Counted from the first letter of the whole stretch, positions 39,040 through 50,921 are shown. The stretch: DNA of 59,671 bases, filler included, from Diploschistes diacapsis (GCA_023645945.1; 6 parts of 6 records of this genome joined end to end with filler, not necessarily neighbours in it), one strand, 5' to 3'. Made by a program: numbers and translations. The notes: generated from the letters alone by a model not told the origin.

Positions 39040-39783
39040 AGAAGTTCAGTTGAACCTCAGGTTCAGGTTCAGTTCGGTTGAACTTATTAAGGTTCCTATT
39101 AATCTTAATCGGGAGTAGTGCAAGTTTATAGGGCTTAATGGATCCTATTGGTATAAGAGTTTACATATAGACTATTCCTTCTAGTTAGATCTCTAGATAT
39201 CTAGACTTCAATACATGCGTTGCCCAAAAAATATCTTTATATCTATATTCCGATAAATCATAATATTATCGTATATAATTCTATATTTTTTCCGTAAGAA
39301 TATATAACTTTCGTCGTGTTATTAAATATTATTCTTATTAATCTTTTAAGATATTTATAATTATTATAAATTCTCGAAAATCTGTTATAAATAATCTATT
39401 ATTATTGATCTTTAATAGTTTAGCCTGACGCGGTTCTTTTATTATATAGTCTGGCCGTTTGCTTAACGCGTTAACTCGTTCGTTTGTTTTATCTGTGATT
39501 CGTTTAATCGTGAAACGGTATCGTTCGAAAATTTTTAACCAGCGAAACTATCTCGGGTTAAATTTTTTTATTATCGTGAACTTTAATAAGTTCATATAAT
39601 TTATATAGATTTCGGTTTCTTTTGTTTCGTGAACATAAATATATTATTCGTTTAAAATAACGATTATAACGAGTAATTCTTGATCGCCTATATCGTAATT
39701 AATTTTTATTAATAATATTTTTCTCGAATAATAAGTTATCAACCGCTACTTATTCTTATTGTTAGGTTATAATAGGTATACTA
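39040..39783. repeat. AT-rich hypermutated (RIP-like) transposon relic
   Basis: Strong AT enrichment, many residual C/G in CpG context, short GGTTCA/TTGAAC repeats at the left edge. Confidence 0.7.
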
Positions 39784-39883
39784 NNNNNNNNNNNNNNNNN
39801 NNNNNNNNNNNNNNNNNNNNNNNNNNNTTAATTAATTAANNNNNNNNNNNNNNNNNNNNNNNNNNNNNNNNNNNNNNNNNNNN
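39784..39883. other. Artificial contig spacer
   Basis: N44-TTAATTAATTAA-N44. Confidence 0.98.
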
Positions 39884-40376
39884 GATCCGAGTTGCGTGTG
39901 GGGGCATAGGGAGTTTGAGTATGGGATTATGAGCATGTTTGGGGGTTTTGGGAGGAGTATTGGGGGGTTGTGGGCGGGAAGGAGGAGCCGGTGGAGGAGT
40001 TTGATGATCGGGTGGAGCCGTACGAGCTGTATGTGAGCCCCTTTCGTGTTCCTTGTTCATTTTCTTTCTGCTTTGAGACAAGGTTCGTTACGGGATGGGT
40101 CTATTATGAACTGGCGATGGAAGGAAAGGGGTGTGCTCTTTTCGCCTGCTGTTTTGGCTTGAAGCACCTTTGCAGAAGGATCGTTATCTGTCTCCAGAAA
40201 GGGGCTGGTGAAATGAAGACCGAAATCAAGAACGTTTGTTCGAGAGTCTGGATCGCTGATACGTGCGCAGGTATCATCACTTGAACCATTATGCCATCTT
40301 TGGTGGAGGGTACAGAGCGAGCGCCGTCTCAATAATGAGGCGCCTCTTAAAGAAGTATGGTAATCAAGGACGATAG
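39884..40376 (+). CDS. Fructosamine/ketosamine-3-kinase C-terminus (partial, apparent frameshift near 39950)
   Basis: DPSCVWGHREFEYGIMSMFGGF, frame change, FWEEYWGVVGGKEEPVEEFDDRVEPYEL, intron 40029-40270, YHHLNHYAIFGGGYRASAVSIMRRLLKKYGNQGR*. Confidence 0.85.
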
Positions 40377-41194
40377 TTGGGTAGCTCTGTCACAAAAGGA
40401 CGCTCGGCACTTGCAGATGGTGGGCAATCAGTCTGTAAGGTTGTTACGTCCGAAGCCTCGACAATCCATTAACGGCATTGGGAACACTTCAAGAAAATGT
40501 CACCATAAGCATGATAGATGGAAGACAGGTTTTAGCCACAGCTGTTCCTTGTGGGATTCTTGATAGCTACCCGGTAGCTGGAAAATCTATACATGGTAGG
40601 AGCACTAACCAAGAAAGACAATCGTTTGTGATTTGGATAACGTACCATGTCTGCTTCTCCCATTACTCCTATGCTGGTTAGCATAAGCTGTGGCTCCTCC
40701 CTGTATCATGAATATGCGTTCATCCAGGTAGTCTTCAAGACAAGCATCAGACACCACCTGTCAGCGTTTGATGTCAATGAACTATCATACACGATGCCTT
40801 TGCTCACTCGGTGGGCGGTTCGCAGATCGCGGAGTCAACGGACGTCTGGCTTTGCTCCTGTGTATCCGATTGGGACGAAAGGGGCCCGTGAGGAGAGATA
40901 ACAGTGAGCTAATGCGCGCTGTGTTGCGGGACAGTTTCATGTCGGATCCCGCAGCAAATCAAGAGATTCTCGTCTTGTTGGAAGAAGAAAATTCTCTTCT
41001 GATAATGTATTGACTCTTCAGACTCGAGACCGCTGGATCCGACAACATCTGGTCACAGCTTGATCATACAAGTAGAAATCTGGGCAGCTGGCATTTTCCC
41101 GTCCTGCAGCTTTAGTGAATTCGAGCACTGGGCTTCCGGCATGTTGCACAATAGCTCGGACGTTTTTGTTTGGAATTGACGAAACGTATAACTA

Positions 41195-41393
41195 ACGTGT
41201 TTCCCCACGAAACGGAACACCCCACGAAGCGGAACACTACATATAATGTAATCAAAAAAAGGCCGAAGAACGGGGTAGTGTAGTTGAGAACAGATTTAGC
41301 TTCGCACAAATATGGAAGCGCTCGATCTAGCGTAATTACATTATAATGTAGTATTCCGCTTTGTGGGGTGATCCGTTGTGTGGGGAAACACGT
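41195..41393. mobile_element. Tc1/mariner (pogo/Fot1-like) MITE, copy 1
   Basis: TA-ACGTGTTTCCCCAC...GTGGGGAAACACGT-TA, about 60-bp imperfect TIRs. Confidence 0.88.
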
Positions 41394-41395
41394 TA

Positions 41396-41603
41396 ACGTC
41401 TTTCACCACAAAACGGGTTACACCACAAAGCGGGTCACTCATTATAATGTAGATGCGCTAGATAGTTTTAAGCGAGCTTTTGAGCCCCACAACCACACAT
41501 AAAATTATTTGTACGAAACTAAATCTGTTTTCAACTACATTATACGATGGTGCAGGGATTGTAACCCGCTTTGTGGTGTAACCCGTTATGTGGTGAAACA
41601 CGT
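41396..41603. mobile_element. Tc1/mariner (pogo/Fot1-like) MITE, copy 2, inverted relative to copy 1
   Basis: TA-ACGTCTTTCACCAC...GTGGTGAAACACGT-TA; an internal segment is the reverse complement of part of the copy 1 interior. Confidence 0.88.
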
Positions 41604-42171
41604 TATGAGGTCGTGCACTGGAATTAGTAAGCAGTCAATACTGAGTAAGTTATTGCAACTAGACTCAAGTTCCTTTCGGGTTAGACTTCCCGTTAAACTT
41701 TATTCAGACTAGCGGGTATTAATTAATTCGATTATTAATTACATTAAATATTATTATTTTTTTAAATTTAGCCGTTATTAACAAAACTATACATCGCCCA
41801 TTGAGAAATAGCCTCGATGAGCTGGCTGGTTGGCTGTAAAGAAGCGTGCTAATTGGCCAACTGACACGCCGATTACGAAGCCAATTCGCTAATTGGCTTT
41901 ATTGGCCACGGGAATCCCAAAGTGCTCGCATCGAGGTTACCAACTACTGGCCCGAACAACCGACGGAGCGGCGTCAAATACACTACCACCGATATGCCTT
42001 GAAAATCCTCGCGTCATTTGGGTTGTCAGTCACTCTACAGTTCAAGCGCTCCCAAGCACATAGTCCACCCACTGCGGCGGAGCCAGAAATAAGAGGGTTA
42101 AGTTCTGCGGGAAGAAACCACGGTGCAGTTCACTAGCTGCCAAAAACAGTCGCCTTCGGTACATAATCATC

Positions 42172-44644
42172 ATGTCGGTGGATATCGTTGGCACGATAGG
42201 CATCCTTATCAATTTGGGATTAGAAATCAAGACCCGTCTCGACTCGCTCAACCAAGCTGCCGAAGACCTTCAACTGCTGACCACCAACCTTATGCTTTTG
42301 CTGAAGATTTTTGAGAATCCCGTGAACGAAACCCTCGTCAAGACCCGTGTGTCGGAGTTCGTATATATCCTCGATGTCCTGCAAAGCATTGCACACTCGT
42401 GCACAAAATGCGCAAAGGCCTTGGACATCGACCTTGCTGGAGCGACAGCTACGACTAAGAAGGCCGAGGGACGTGGCATAAAATTCATCAAGCGGCTGCG
42501 GGCTTTCAGCATGATTCCTGACCTTCTCGCTGAAATTCAACGCAAGGCCAATCAACTTCAACAGATATACAACGTAATATCTACGATAATTGTCCACGAC
42601 ATCAGGACACAACAGGGAGGGACGAGCGAAAAAGAAACCGTTGAATCCACCTCTGCCGTAGAAGAACCAGCACGTCATGAGAACTTGCTCGACCTGGACC
42701 TCAGCACGGGTTTTGCTAGTATCGACCAGATGGTGGGAAACCTAATAAAGGAATGCAACCACCTTCGGCAACGACTTCAGGAGGCTACTCTGATTCCTGA
42801 TACGTCAGCTATTCAAGTTTTTCAAGCACAGAACCCAGAAGCCGCATCATTTTGGAAGGATCGATTCCAAGAAAGAGAACTCAACGCCTCGGCTCTCCGC
42901 TACGAGGTAACGAGAACCTCAGCTCCTTATTTTTTGGATTCCCGATGTCGCCGTATCATGCTAACACATTGCTTTCTCGACAGACGATATATGTATCTTG
43001 GGCACGTTTTGTACATATCGTAGAAACGTCTCTTGTTCTCAAGAAGATACCGACTGGGATTCTTGAAACCGGAAATATTGACCTCGTTCGCCAGCAAGGA
43101 TCTCGCTATTCCATCGATGAAAGCGGTACGCGTTGTCTTTCCAGTATCCGGCCCCTCTGGCTCCTAGCTCTTCGGTCTGCTTTCGACCCGCTGCACAAAG
43201 GTTACGTTAAACCACTAGACTATTTCAATCTTCTTCACGACTCCTCCTTGTCTGAGACACTTAGAAAATTAGTCCTCGAAAACGCAGGCTATGGCATAAT
43301 TGTCGAATGTGAGAGGGCATCCGAGGATCTTTCCTTGCCGGCGGCAATCGAGTCCCCCTCTGATCACGTCGGCTGGATTTCTGCTCAAATCGTGGCCGTT
43401 CCAACATCCAATGAACTTGGGATCGTTACCGAACGAGAGATCGTGGAATCAAGCAGCGACTCCCTCTTTGCTAGCTTCGACGGTGCTACTCAAGACGTTC
43501 ACGTTTACGTACGCTACCTTCAGACTGGTCAAATCGAGCGTAAGAGTCTCTCAACCCAAGTTCGTCCGATCGGGGGTATTTCTATTGGCGCTGCGTTTTC
43601 TATCTGCCATGAGCTAGAATCAGGTGACCATGCCTGGAGCTGCGATCTTCACATCACTGAGTTCAAGGCATGTTACGGGGGACGGTACATTATTACGGCG
43701 GGTGTGGGTTCGGCCGCTATTGTGTTTTCGACGAGACCATTCAAGAATTCCTTCGACAAGATGCTAAGCGACGACAACTTCTCGACTTCTGCCATACCGG
43801 AATTTTCCTGTACGCTTCTGGGACCGTCCAAGGTATTCAGCCAACCACCGAAAGTTGGCGAAAAGGTTCAGGTAAGTATTATTTCTCCTCGGTCACTCCG
43901 CTCTACGTTTGTCGAGGTGCCATTCTCATTCTGTGATTTGATAAGGTCGGGTACGAAGGACTTTGGTACGATTCGAGAGTAACATTAGTGGACGGCGATG
44001 AGATAGAGTATACCGATTGGGACAGTTCACCGAACCAAGTCTCAACCAATATTACAGAAACTCGGAAGGATATTAAAGAGGAAGAGGAAGATAGAGGTAG
44101 TCTTTTCTTTCCCGAAGAGCAGTTAACACAACTCGGAAAGGGCACGAGGCGGCTATGGCGACCATGGCGGAGAAATATCAATAGGTACGACGTTCGACCT
44201 TATCATCGCTTCCATATCGGCGATTCTATCGAGGCACCCGTTATGTACCCGGATTTCCGATTCTATTACCATGTTATCGACGACTCTCAACTCTACCTTC
44301 CTGCTCGAATCGTTGATGTCCAAGGTGACCAGTATGTCATTGAATTCAGTCCAGCGTTTTCAGTCCATGGGTGGTGGCCAGGGAGGATAGCCAAGGGTCA
44401 ACAAGTAGACCTAGTGCCGGGATCAAGGGATAAGGTAAAAAATCCGTTCGACTTCAATCGCGTGACGTTAGGCATGGATCTAGTGCGCCCTTTCTCTGCG
44501 GGACCACGGCCGGTTCTGGGTGTTCAGTCAATGAAACCGCCTGGTTGGAGTCCATATCAAGGAATTCACCTCCGCAATCTTGAGGATCTTTTGGAGCAGA
44601 GTCTTTGGAACAATGACCGTGACAGCACTCGAGCGGGGGCCTAG
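42172..44644 (+). CDS. 773-aa multidomain protein: MLKL/Cbl-like N-terminal helical bundle, Cbl-type EF-hand-like region, multiple Tudor/Agenet-like barrels
   Basis: Exons 42172-42906, 42984-43871, 43946-44644 join three ORFs in frame with canonical splice sites. Domain calls come from motif recognition only. Confidence 0.8.
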
Positions 44645-45284
44645 AACGTTAGAGCCCATTTTCGAATGAGGAGCTATTGACCAGTCAGAGGGAGAGAGAA
44701 AGCGTAGATTGTAAAATCAGGGGGAGAGCTAGAATATATGCATGGGTAGCGAGGTGCTGCGTTCCTTCCTTCATAAGCTCCTCAGCACCTTTCCAACAGG
44801 AGTAACTGTACCGTATATTCTCGGCAGGATACAGAGGCTGGTTAAGGCAGTGGCCATCGCACGCGGGTAGCAGAAGAAGCAGTGGTGTTGCCGGTAGGCT
44901 GGCCGACACGGAGACGAACATATTGAAGTGCCAGTTGTATCCACCAAGTTTCCTGTTTCCGTGCATCAAGCGGTACCGCTTCCGGTGTCGAGTGCGTAGA
45001 TTATCAGACTTCGGGCGATCGGTATATACGCACAGGTCTTAGTGTCTGTGTCAGAGATTTCTTCTTTCAAAGAAGCAAAAGTCTCAATATCCCATGTTCT
45101 ATCGCCGTGGCTTTTCATCCCACACCCACCACGGCAACTTGATTACCTCATCATGTGCAGCATATGGTCTCCGAGGGCGTTCCGGCTGTCAGCAGAATAT
45201 TATCTGGTAGTAGCTACAGATTAGGTAATTTTATCTCTCCTCGCGGCTTCTCTTCCCCGGGCCCACCCTCTCGGATCGGGTTCC

Positions 45285-46791
45285 ATGGAACGCTGGCTGA
45301 AAGTAGCTGGAGCGGTAGGCTTGGATGACCTGGAGCTGGCCAATTTCCCCATTGTTGGGCGCGGTGTCAGAACGCTGCGGCATTTCAAGGAAGGAGAAAA
45401 GATTCTCACCATTCCACGTGGCGTTCTCTGGACAGTCGAACATGCATATGCTGATTCCCTTCTTGGGCCAGCCCTTCGCTCCGTGCAACCGGCCTTATCT
45501 GTCGACGACACCTTGGTTACGTATATTCTCTTTGTCCGATCGCGGGAGTTGGAATACGATGGCCCGCGAAGCCATGTGGCGGCGTTACCCACGAGCTACT
45601 CTTCGAGCATCTTCTTTACGGAGGACGAGCTGAAAGTTTGTGCCGGAAGTTCACTGTACGTCGTCACGAAGCATCTGGAGCGACAGATTGAGGATGATTA
45701 CAAGGGACTAGTCATGCGATTGCTTGGACAGTATCGAGATCTTTTCCCACTCGACAAATCCACCATCGAAGATGTAGGTATTGTGTGAGTCAGATATTGC
45801 AGATGAAACACTAACACTTCTTTCCCGTCTCGTTAGTACAAGTGGGCTCTCTGCACCGTATGGAGTCGTGCGATGGATTTTGAGCTGGCCGATGGGAATT
45901 CGATTCGACTTTTGGCGCCCTTCACGGATATGCTGAACCACTCGTCCGAGATCAAGCAGTGTCACGTCTACGATGTCTTGTCTGGAAACCTTTCAGTCCT
46001 TGCGGGGAAAGACTACGAAGTCGGAGATCAGGTATTTTCGTCTCATTCCATACTGAATTCGTGTGCTTACCTAGGTCGTATTCTTTTAGGTTTTTATCAA
46101 TTATGGACCTATTCCGAATAATCGCCTATTACGTCTCTATGGCTTTGTTATACCTGGCAATCCCAACGACAGCTATGATCTCGTTCTTTCAACGCACCCC
46201 GATGCGCCACTTTTCGAGCAGAAGCATAAACTCTGGGTATTGGCTGGACTCGATTCAATCTGTACTATCTCCCTCACCCTCGTCGATCCGCTACCGAAAA
46301 GTGTCCTTCGATACCTCCGTATTCAACGACTAGGCGTATTGGATCTTGCAACGGTGGCGCTGAAGCAAATCGATGCTGCAGATGAGAAAATCAGCGACTC
46401 GAACGAAGTGGAAGTCCTACGATTCTTGATAGAATCGATCTGTCATCGTCTAGAGAATTTCGGGACGCAACTGGAGAGACTGGAAGAGCAGCTCGCGGAT
46501 GGCGTCTATTCTTCGGGAGGGAACGCATGGGCTGCAGCGCACGTTAGCCTGGGGGAACAGCAAGTGTTGAGATTGGCAAAAAATTCAGCGGAGGATTTGC
46601 TAGCGGCAGTGAGGAGCGGAAGTGGGAGTAAGAGGGCCTTGTCGTCGTCAGCACGGGCACAATGCGCAAATTGCGAAGAGGTTCCTGTGCACTTCATGTT
46701 ATGCGCGAGGTGCAAAGCGGTCATGTATTGCGGGCGGACGTGTCAGGTCGCTCATTACAAAGAGCACAAGGCAACTTGTCGAGCTACATGA
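45285..46791 (+). CDS. SET-domain lysine methyltransferase (Rubisco-LSMT/SETD3-like) with C-terminal MYND finger, 461 aa
   Basis: GRGVRT, WALCTVWSRA, APFTDMLNHS, VFINYGPIPNNRLLRLYGF, CANC..CARCKAVMYCGRTCQVAHYKEHKATC. Introns 45774-45836 and 46032-46089. Confidence 0.93.
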
Positions 46792-46919
46792 CTGAGTAAG
46801 GAGACCGATTGACAATCGCACGAAGCTATTTGTCAGAATAATGGGACCTACGTATTCTGCCAAGACACTAGCACACGCGTTTTACCTCGTGATGGGAAGA
46901 GAAGATATTGTAGGGTCAT

Positions 46920-47456
46920 TAGAGAGGTTTAGCAATCCTGTCGCTGCGGCTGCGAGTTTGCTATTGTAGTTAGCTCGTGTCTCGGCGCCGAGCGCTGCTT
47001 ACCTCTCTGGGAAGCATCTCCGAAAGTTTCCGCAGCGTCCACCTATAGAACCGCAGACGTCGTATACGCTGCGAGAATCCTAATATAGATAAGCGTCAAG
47101 GAGAGAGCCTTATGGCCCTTTACCGACGCATCCGCAGTTAAATATTAATATTTCCGTATTCTTCTGCCTTCTTTTTCTCCTTTACTCTTCTTAACGCCTC
47201 GCGCTTTGTTTTTAAGTATAATAAAAGAATAAACATAATAAAGGCCCTACGGCCCCTTAAAACAAGCCTCTGAAAACATAAAATGGCCATATTTCAGGCC
47301 TTTTGGACTATGTTTAAAAGGGATGAAATTATTAAGAGCATTGCCATTTTGATATACTTCTTAATTTGGACTAGTCTATTGCCAAGACCCTAAATAACGC
47401 TAGCTACATCTGGATTCTCGCAGCGAGCGCATTGACAGGGTTGCTAAACCTCTCTA
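46920..47456. mobile_element. Non-autonomous TIR DNA transposon
   Basis: 23-bp TIR TAGAGAGGTTTAGCAA(T/C)CCTGTC with one mismatch; AT-rich interior; TA/TWA-type termini. Confidence 0.82.
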
Positions 47457-49527
47457 ATATTAAATCACTTATGATATCCGGAAAGCAGCCTGCTAACTGA
47501 ATACAGGAAAGAGTGCATGCTCTCTTATTGGTAGTGCTCGCGCTTTCCCAACCTCTGTGGTGCTATTCCTCAGCCATGCCCCCAGCATTGAAAGTTTCGA
47601 TCTCTGAATCTTCCTATCCATTGTAGCTCCTACAGCGGTCTGTGTATGGCATAAAAGCGAGGCTCCACAAGACTTGGCTCGATCGTAAAAGGCCATAGAA
47701 GCTCCCCCATTACATCGTTCTTGCAAGGCACAAAGTCTGAAGCTCCCCCAAAGAACTGCTCGCGCTCGAGAGGGGAATCGAACAGGTAGACTGCAAATTT
47801 GCGGCATTCTTGTTTCAGAATAATAAGATGATATGATGGTACCATCGGTTGGACTGGCGTAGTGGGAGGCTGGTCGGCGCCATCGGCCATTCTGTCAAGG
47901 AAATTGTTGCAGGCTTCAAGGAATTTCCTTTAGAGCTGGGACGGAGCACTAGACGGAATTATTAGAGAATTACAAATCGAAACCGAGCAAAGCTCCTCTT
48001 TTATCTGTAATTCTTGCTCTGCAATTTGCTTGGAGAGTTATATTTTTACACGAGGTGTGGGGTTTCTATGTTGTGGAAAAATTAAGAATCTACGCGGTGA
48101 GACATACAACTACGTGACTGGAAGTACCTGATATCGCGCGTCCGTGTCAACCTCAGCCGTAAAGCAGCTGTTGCTTCGGTTCTTTGTCTCTCCACAGCTA
48201 TGATTGCAGTAAGTAGATATCCTTTATCCGCCTCTTTCCGCCCCCGGAATCCGATATTGTGGACACAGGTAAGTGCTTAAAGCGTTGCCCCGGACGACCC
48301 TAAAGCCAAGTCTTAGTCTGGTATATCTATTGGATATGTTTCGAAGCCGCCATCGCCGTAATCATAGTCTCTATTGCAGCGGTTCGAGGCATCTTCGGAG
48401 CAAATGGTGCAAGCCGGGCCCTTCCACAGAAGCTTAATAGTATGTCATCAAAAATGGATCGCTTCTTTACATGGGCCAGTCACACTTCGGCGTCATCTAG
48501 CCAGCTTTCTGATATGGAGTCTGGTAATCGCGCCAACTGTGGCAAGAAGGAAGTAGCCGATGCCAACACCAGAAAAGGTTGAAGACACTCGAGGAACCGG
48601 TAAGAGCTTCTTCTTCCAATGGACGAGACGCGCAGAGAGCCCCATTGCCCAAACGAACCGTAATGGCCTGAGCGAGACTGCAACCACAACACTACGGCGC
48701 CTACTCCTCCCCGAAAGATCGCCCGACCCAACCTGCATCTGCTCGGGCTGTTGATGTTTCCGGTATTCCGCTCTGTCGTCGGCCTCTCCATTATCGACGA
48801 CGTGCTCTGCTGGAAGCCCCCTGGCCAGCGTTAACAAATAGCACTTCGAGACTCGAAAATATACACACACCTGTCCCTATCCTTTCGTCCCGCTCAAAAC
48901 AGTGTGCAGCGGCATTGGGGGCCAAGCAACTAAAGGCACTGTGCTTTAGGACAACCTTGTTTGTATTCTATTGTGCAAACTTTCGATCGTCAGGCTGCCC
49001 CCTACTTCGCTACAGGATCTACATAACTCAACAGGCACCTGATTCGCTGTATCTCACTGGCTGAGCGAATCTGAAAGAAAGGATTAACTTTATTAATAGT
49101 AGCTGCATTTTAGATGTTTAGCTTGTCATAAGCCCACCATGAGAGATATTGTCGACCTGTATTCTTGAGACACCTCCGAATATTAATGAGTTGTTGAAGG
49201 TTATTTTCGTAAGCTATGACATGCTGATAGTAGATAGTTGTTGATCTGGTCATCCTGCAGGCATCACCATGAGAAGCGGCTTTCCTAGATACGTGACCTG
49301 TGGAATGGAATAGAAACTGCAAGTTGTTAAGACCGCGGGAATGTGTGCCTGCTTCTTCACAGCCTGAGTATTACATCGGTTGAATGCCGCTACAACCAAG
49401 CCTATCCCTTCAAGAATATGCACATTCGATGCAAACCAAAGCGCTCCAGAAAAAGCTCCAACTGTTCTCATCAACTGCGCACAGACAACGTATTTCCCAG
49501 CAACTCACCCTCGTCCCGGTACCACCC

Positions 49528-49729
49528 TTATCTCTTCCTCAACAGCCTCCTCTCCGCATTCCTCTCCTTCCTCGCACTCCTCTTCCGCCACGCCAACCAC
49601 CTGTTCCCGGGCTTGTACTTCTTCGCCTTCCTCATCGCCGCATCCATCACCTCCCCAATCTCGCGATTACTCTCCCTGTACATATACCCATCCTTCAACG
49701 CAAGCTGCGGCTTCGTCCCCACCCCACCC
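49528..49729 (-). CDS. C-terminal fragment of an unidentified gene cut by the contig edge
   Basis: Open frame from the gap to a stop at 49528 (..LALKDGYMYRESNREIGEVMDAAMRKAKKYKPGNRW..) with coding-like G3 bias. Confidence 0.55.
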
Positions 49730-49829
49730 NNNNNNNNNNNNNNNNNNNNNNNNNNNNNNNNNNNNNNNNNNNNTTAATTAATTAANNNNNNNNNNNNNNN
49801 NNNNNNNNNNNNNNNNNNNNNNNNNNNNN
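49730..49829. other. Artificial contig spacer
   Basis: N44-TTAATTAATTAA-N44. Confidence 0.98.
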
Positions 49830-50425
49830 TTGTTTTACGACTTAAGATTCTTTTTTATTTAATATTTATATTAAACCTTTCGGCGAATCATCGGGTCGAT
49901 AATATTAAAAAAAAAGATAATATTACGATTTAAATATTAGATTTAATACGTTTTAATTTTATATATAAATTAATTACGAGATTAAAGATCACGTAATACG
50001 CTTATTATTCGCGTTTATTCTTATAAACGATAAATACGTTTTCGTTATCGCTCGATAATCGCGTTTATTTTCGTAAACGACGAGCTTCGAAAATACCGCT
50101 CGCTAAATTTATAATAAATGGCGAGCGAGTTAATTATATATAAACATAATTTTATTTTCGTGAAAAAGAACGTATTTATTTTTATAAATATTTTAAGTTA
50201 TTATTCGAGATTAATTTATATTCGTTATTTTTATCATCTTAGAACTTTCTTTTTAGAGAAAGTTTAAGATTTATAACTTTTCTATCTTTTTTTCCTGCCA
50301 CACTCCTTTTCTAACAGAGACCAAACCCACCTTGATCCTACTCGTGTATACCTTGTATAAATAGAGATCATAACACAGCCTTACGGGGTTCGGGTTCTAC
50401 CCGCCTACACAACCACCCCCTAACA
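49830..50425. repeat. RIP-like AT-rich relic followed by an LTR-like segment
   Basis: CpG-retaining AT-rich tract to about 50290; then TATAAATA and CTAACA termini (50316, 50425) typical of LTR ends. Confidence 0.5.
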
Positions 50426-50444
50426 TCCTTGGCACGGTTGGTAC

Positions 50445-50507
50445 CCGTCATGTAACCCTGCCGTCATGTGACCCTGCCGTCATGTGACCCTGCCGTCACG
50501 TGACCCC
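50445..50507. repeat. 16-bp tandem repeat x4 (CCGTCAYGTRACCCTG)
   Basis: Units start at 50445, 50461, 50477 and 50493; the last carries the palindrome GTCACGTGAC. Confidence 0.93.
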
Positions 50508-50529
50508 GGTGGCTTGGCACGCCTGGGCT

Positions 50530-50921
50530 GATCTGTCTCATAAATATTATGATAAAAATAAAGAATCTTTCGGCCTATAAACGTTTTATATATCTCGCGA
50601 GGACATTCTTTTGTTTAACAGTTAAAAATTATTGCGATTAATGATTAATAAATCTTTTAGAACGGTTATTAAGCTAATTAAGAAAAAAGAAGAAAGAAAC
50701 GCCGTTACGTCGAACGATTTTACGAAATGATAGCGAGAGGGATTGAATTTTCGTTTCGATGAGAGTATTTTCTATTATCGAGAGTATTTAGGTTTAAATT
50801 AGCAAAAAATAAAAAAATATATGGAGCTTATAATGGATGAAAAAGGGGAGCATTTTGGGTGTAAAAAGCGCTTATGGATGATCGGTTACTAGGGTCCGCT
50901 CGGTTACTAGGGGCAACACTC
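50530..50921 (+). mobile_element. Right end of a hypermutated pogo/Fot1-like DNA transposon
   Basis: AT-rich decayed coding tract ending in two direct TCGGTTACTAGGG repeats and ..GCAACACTC-TA. Confidence 0.55.

Noticed and set aside
47493..47890. Short minus-strand ORF MADGADQPP..
   Set aside because: Early stop and no recognisable domain; at most an unidentifiable gene relic.
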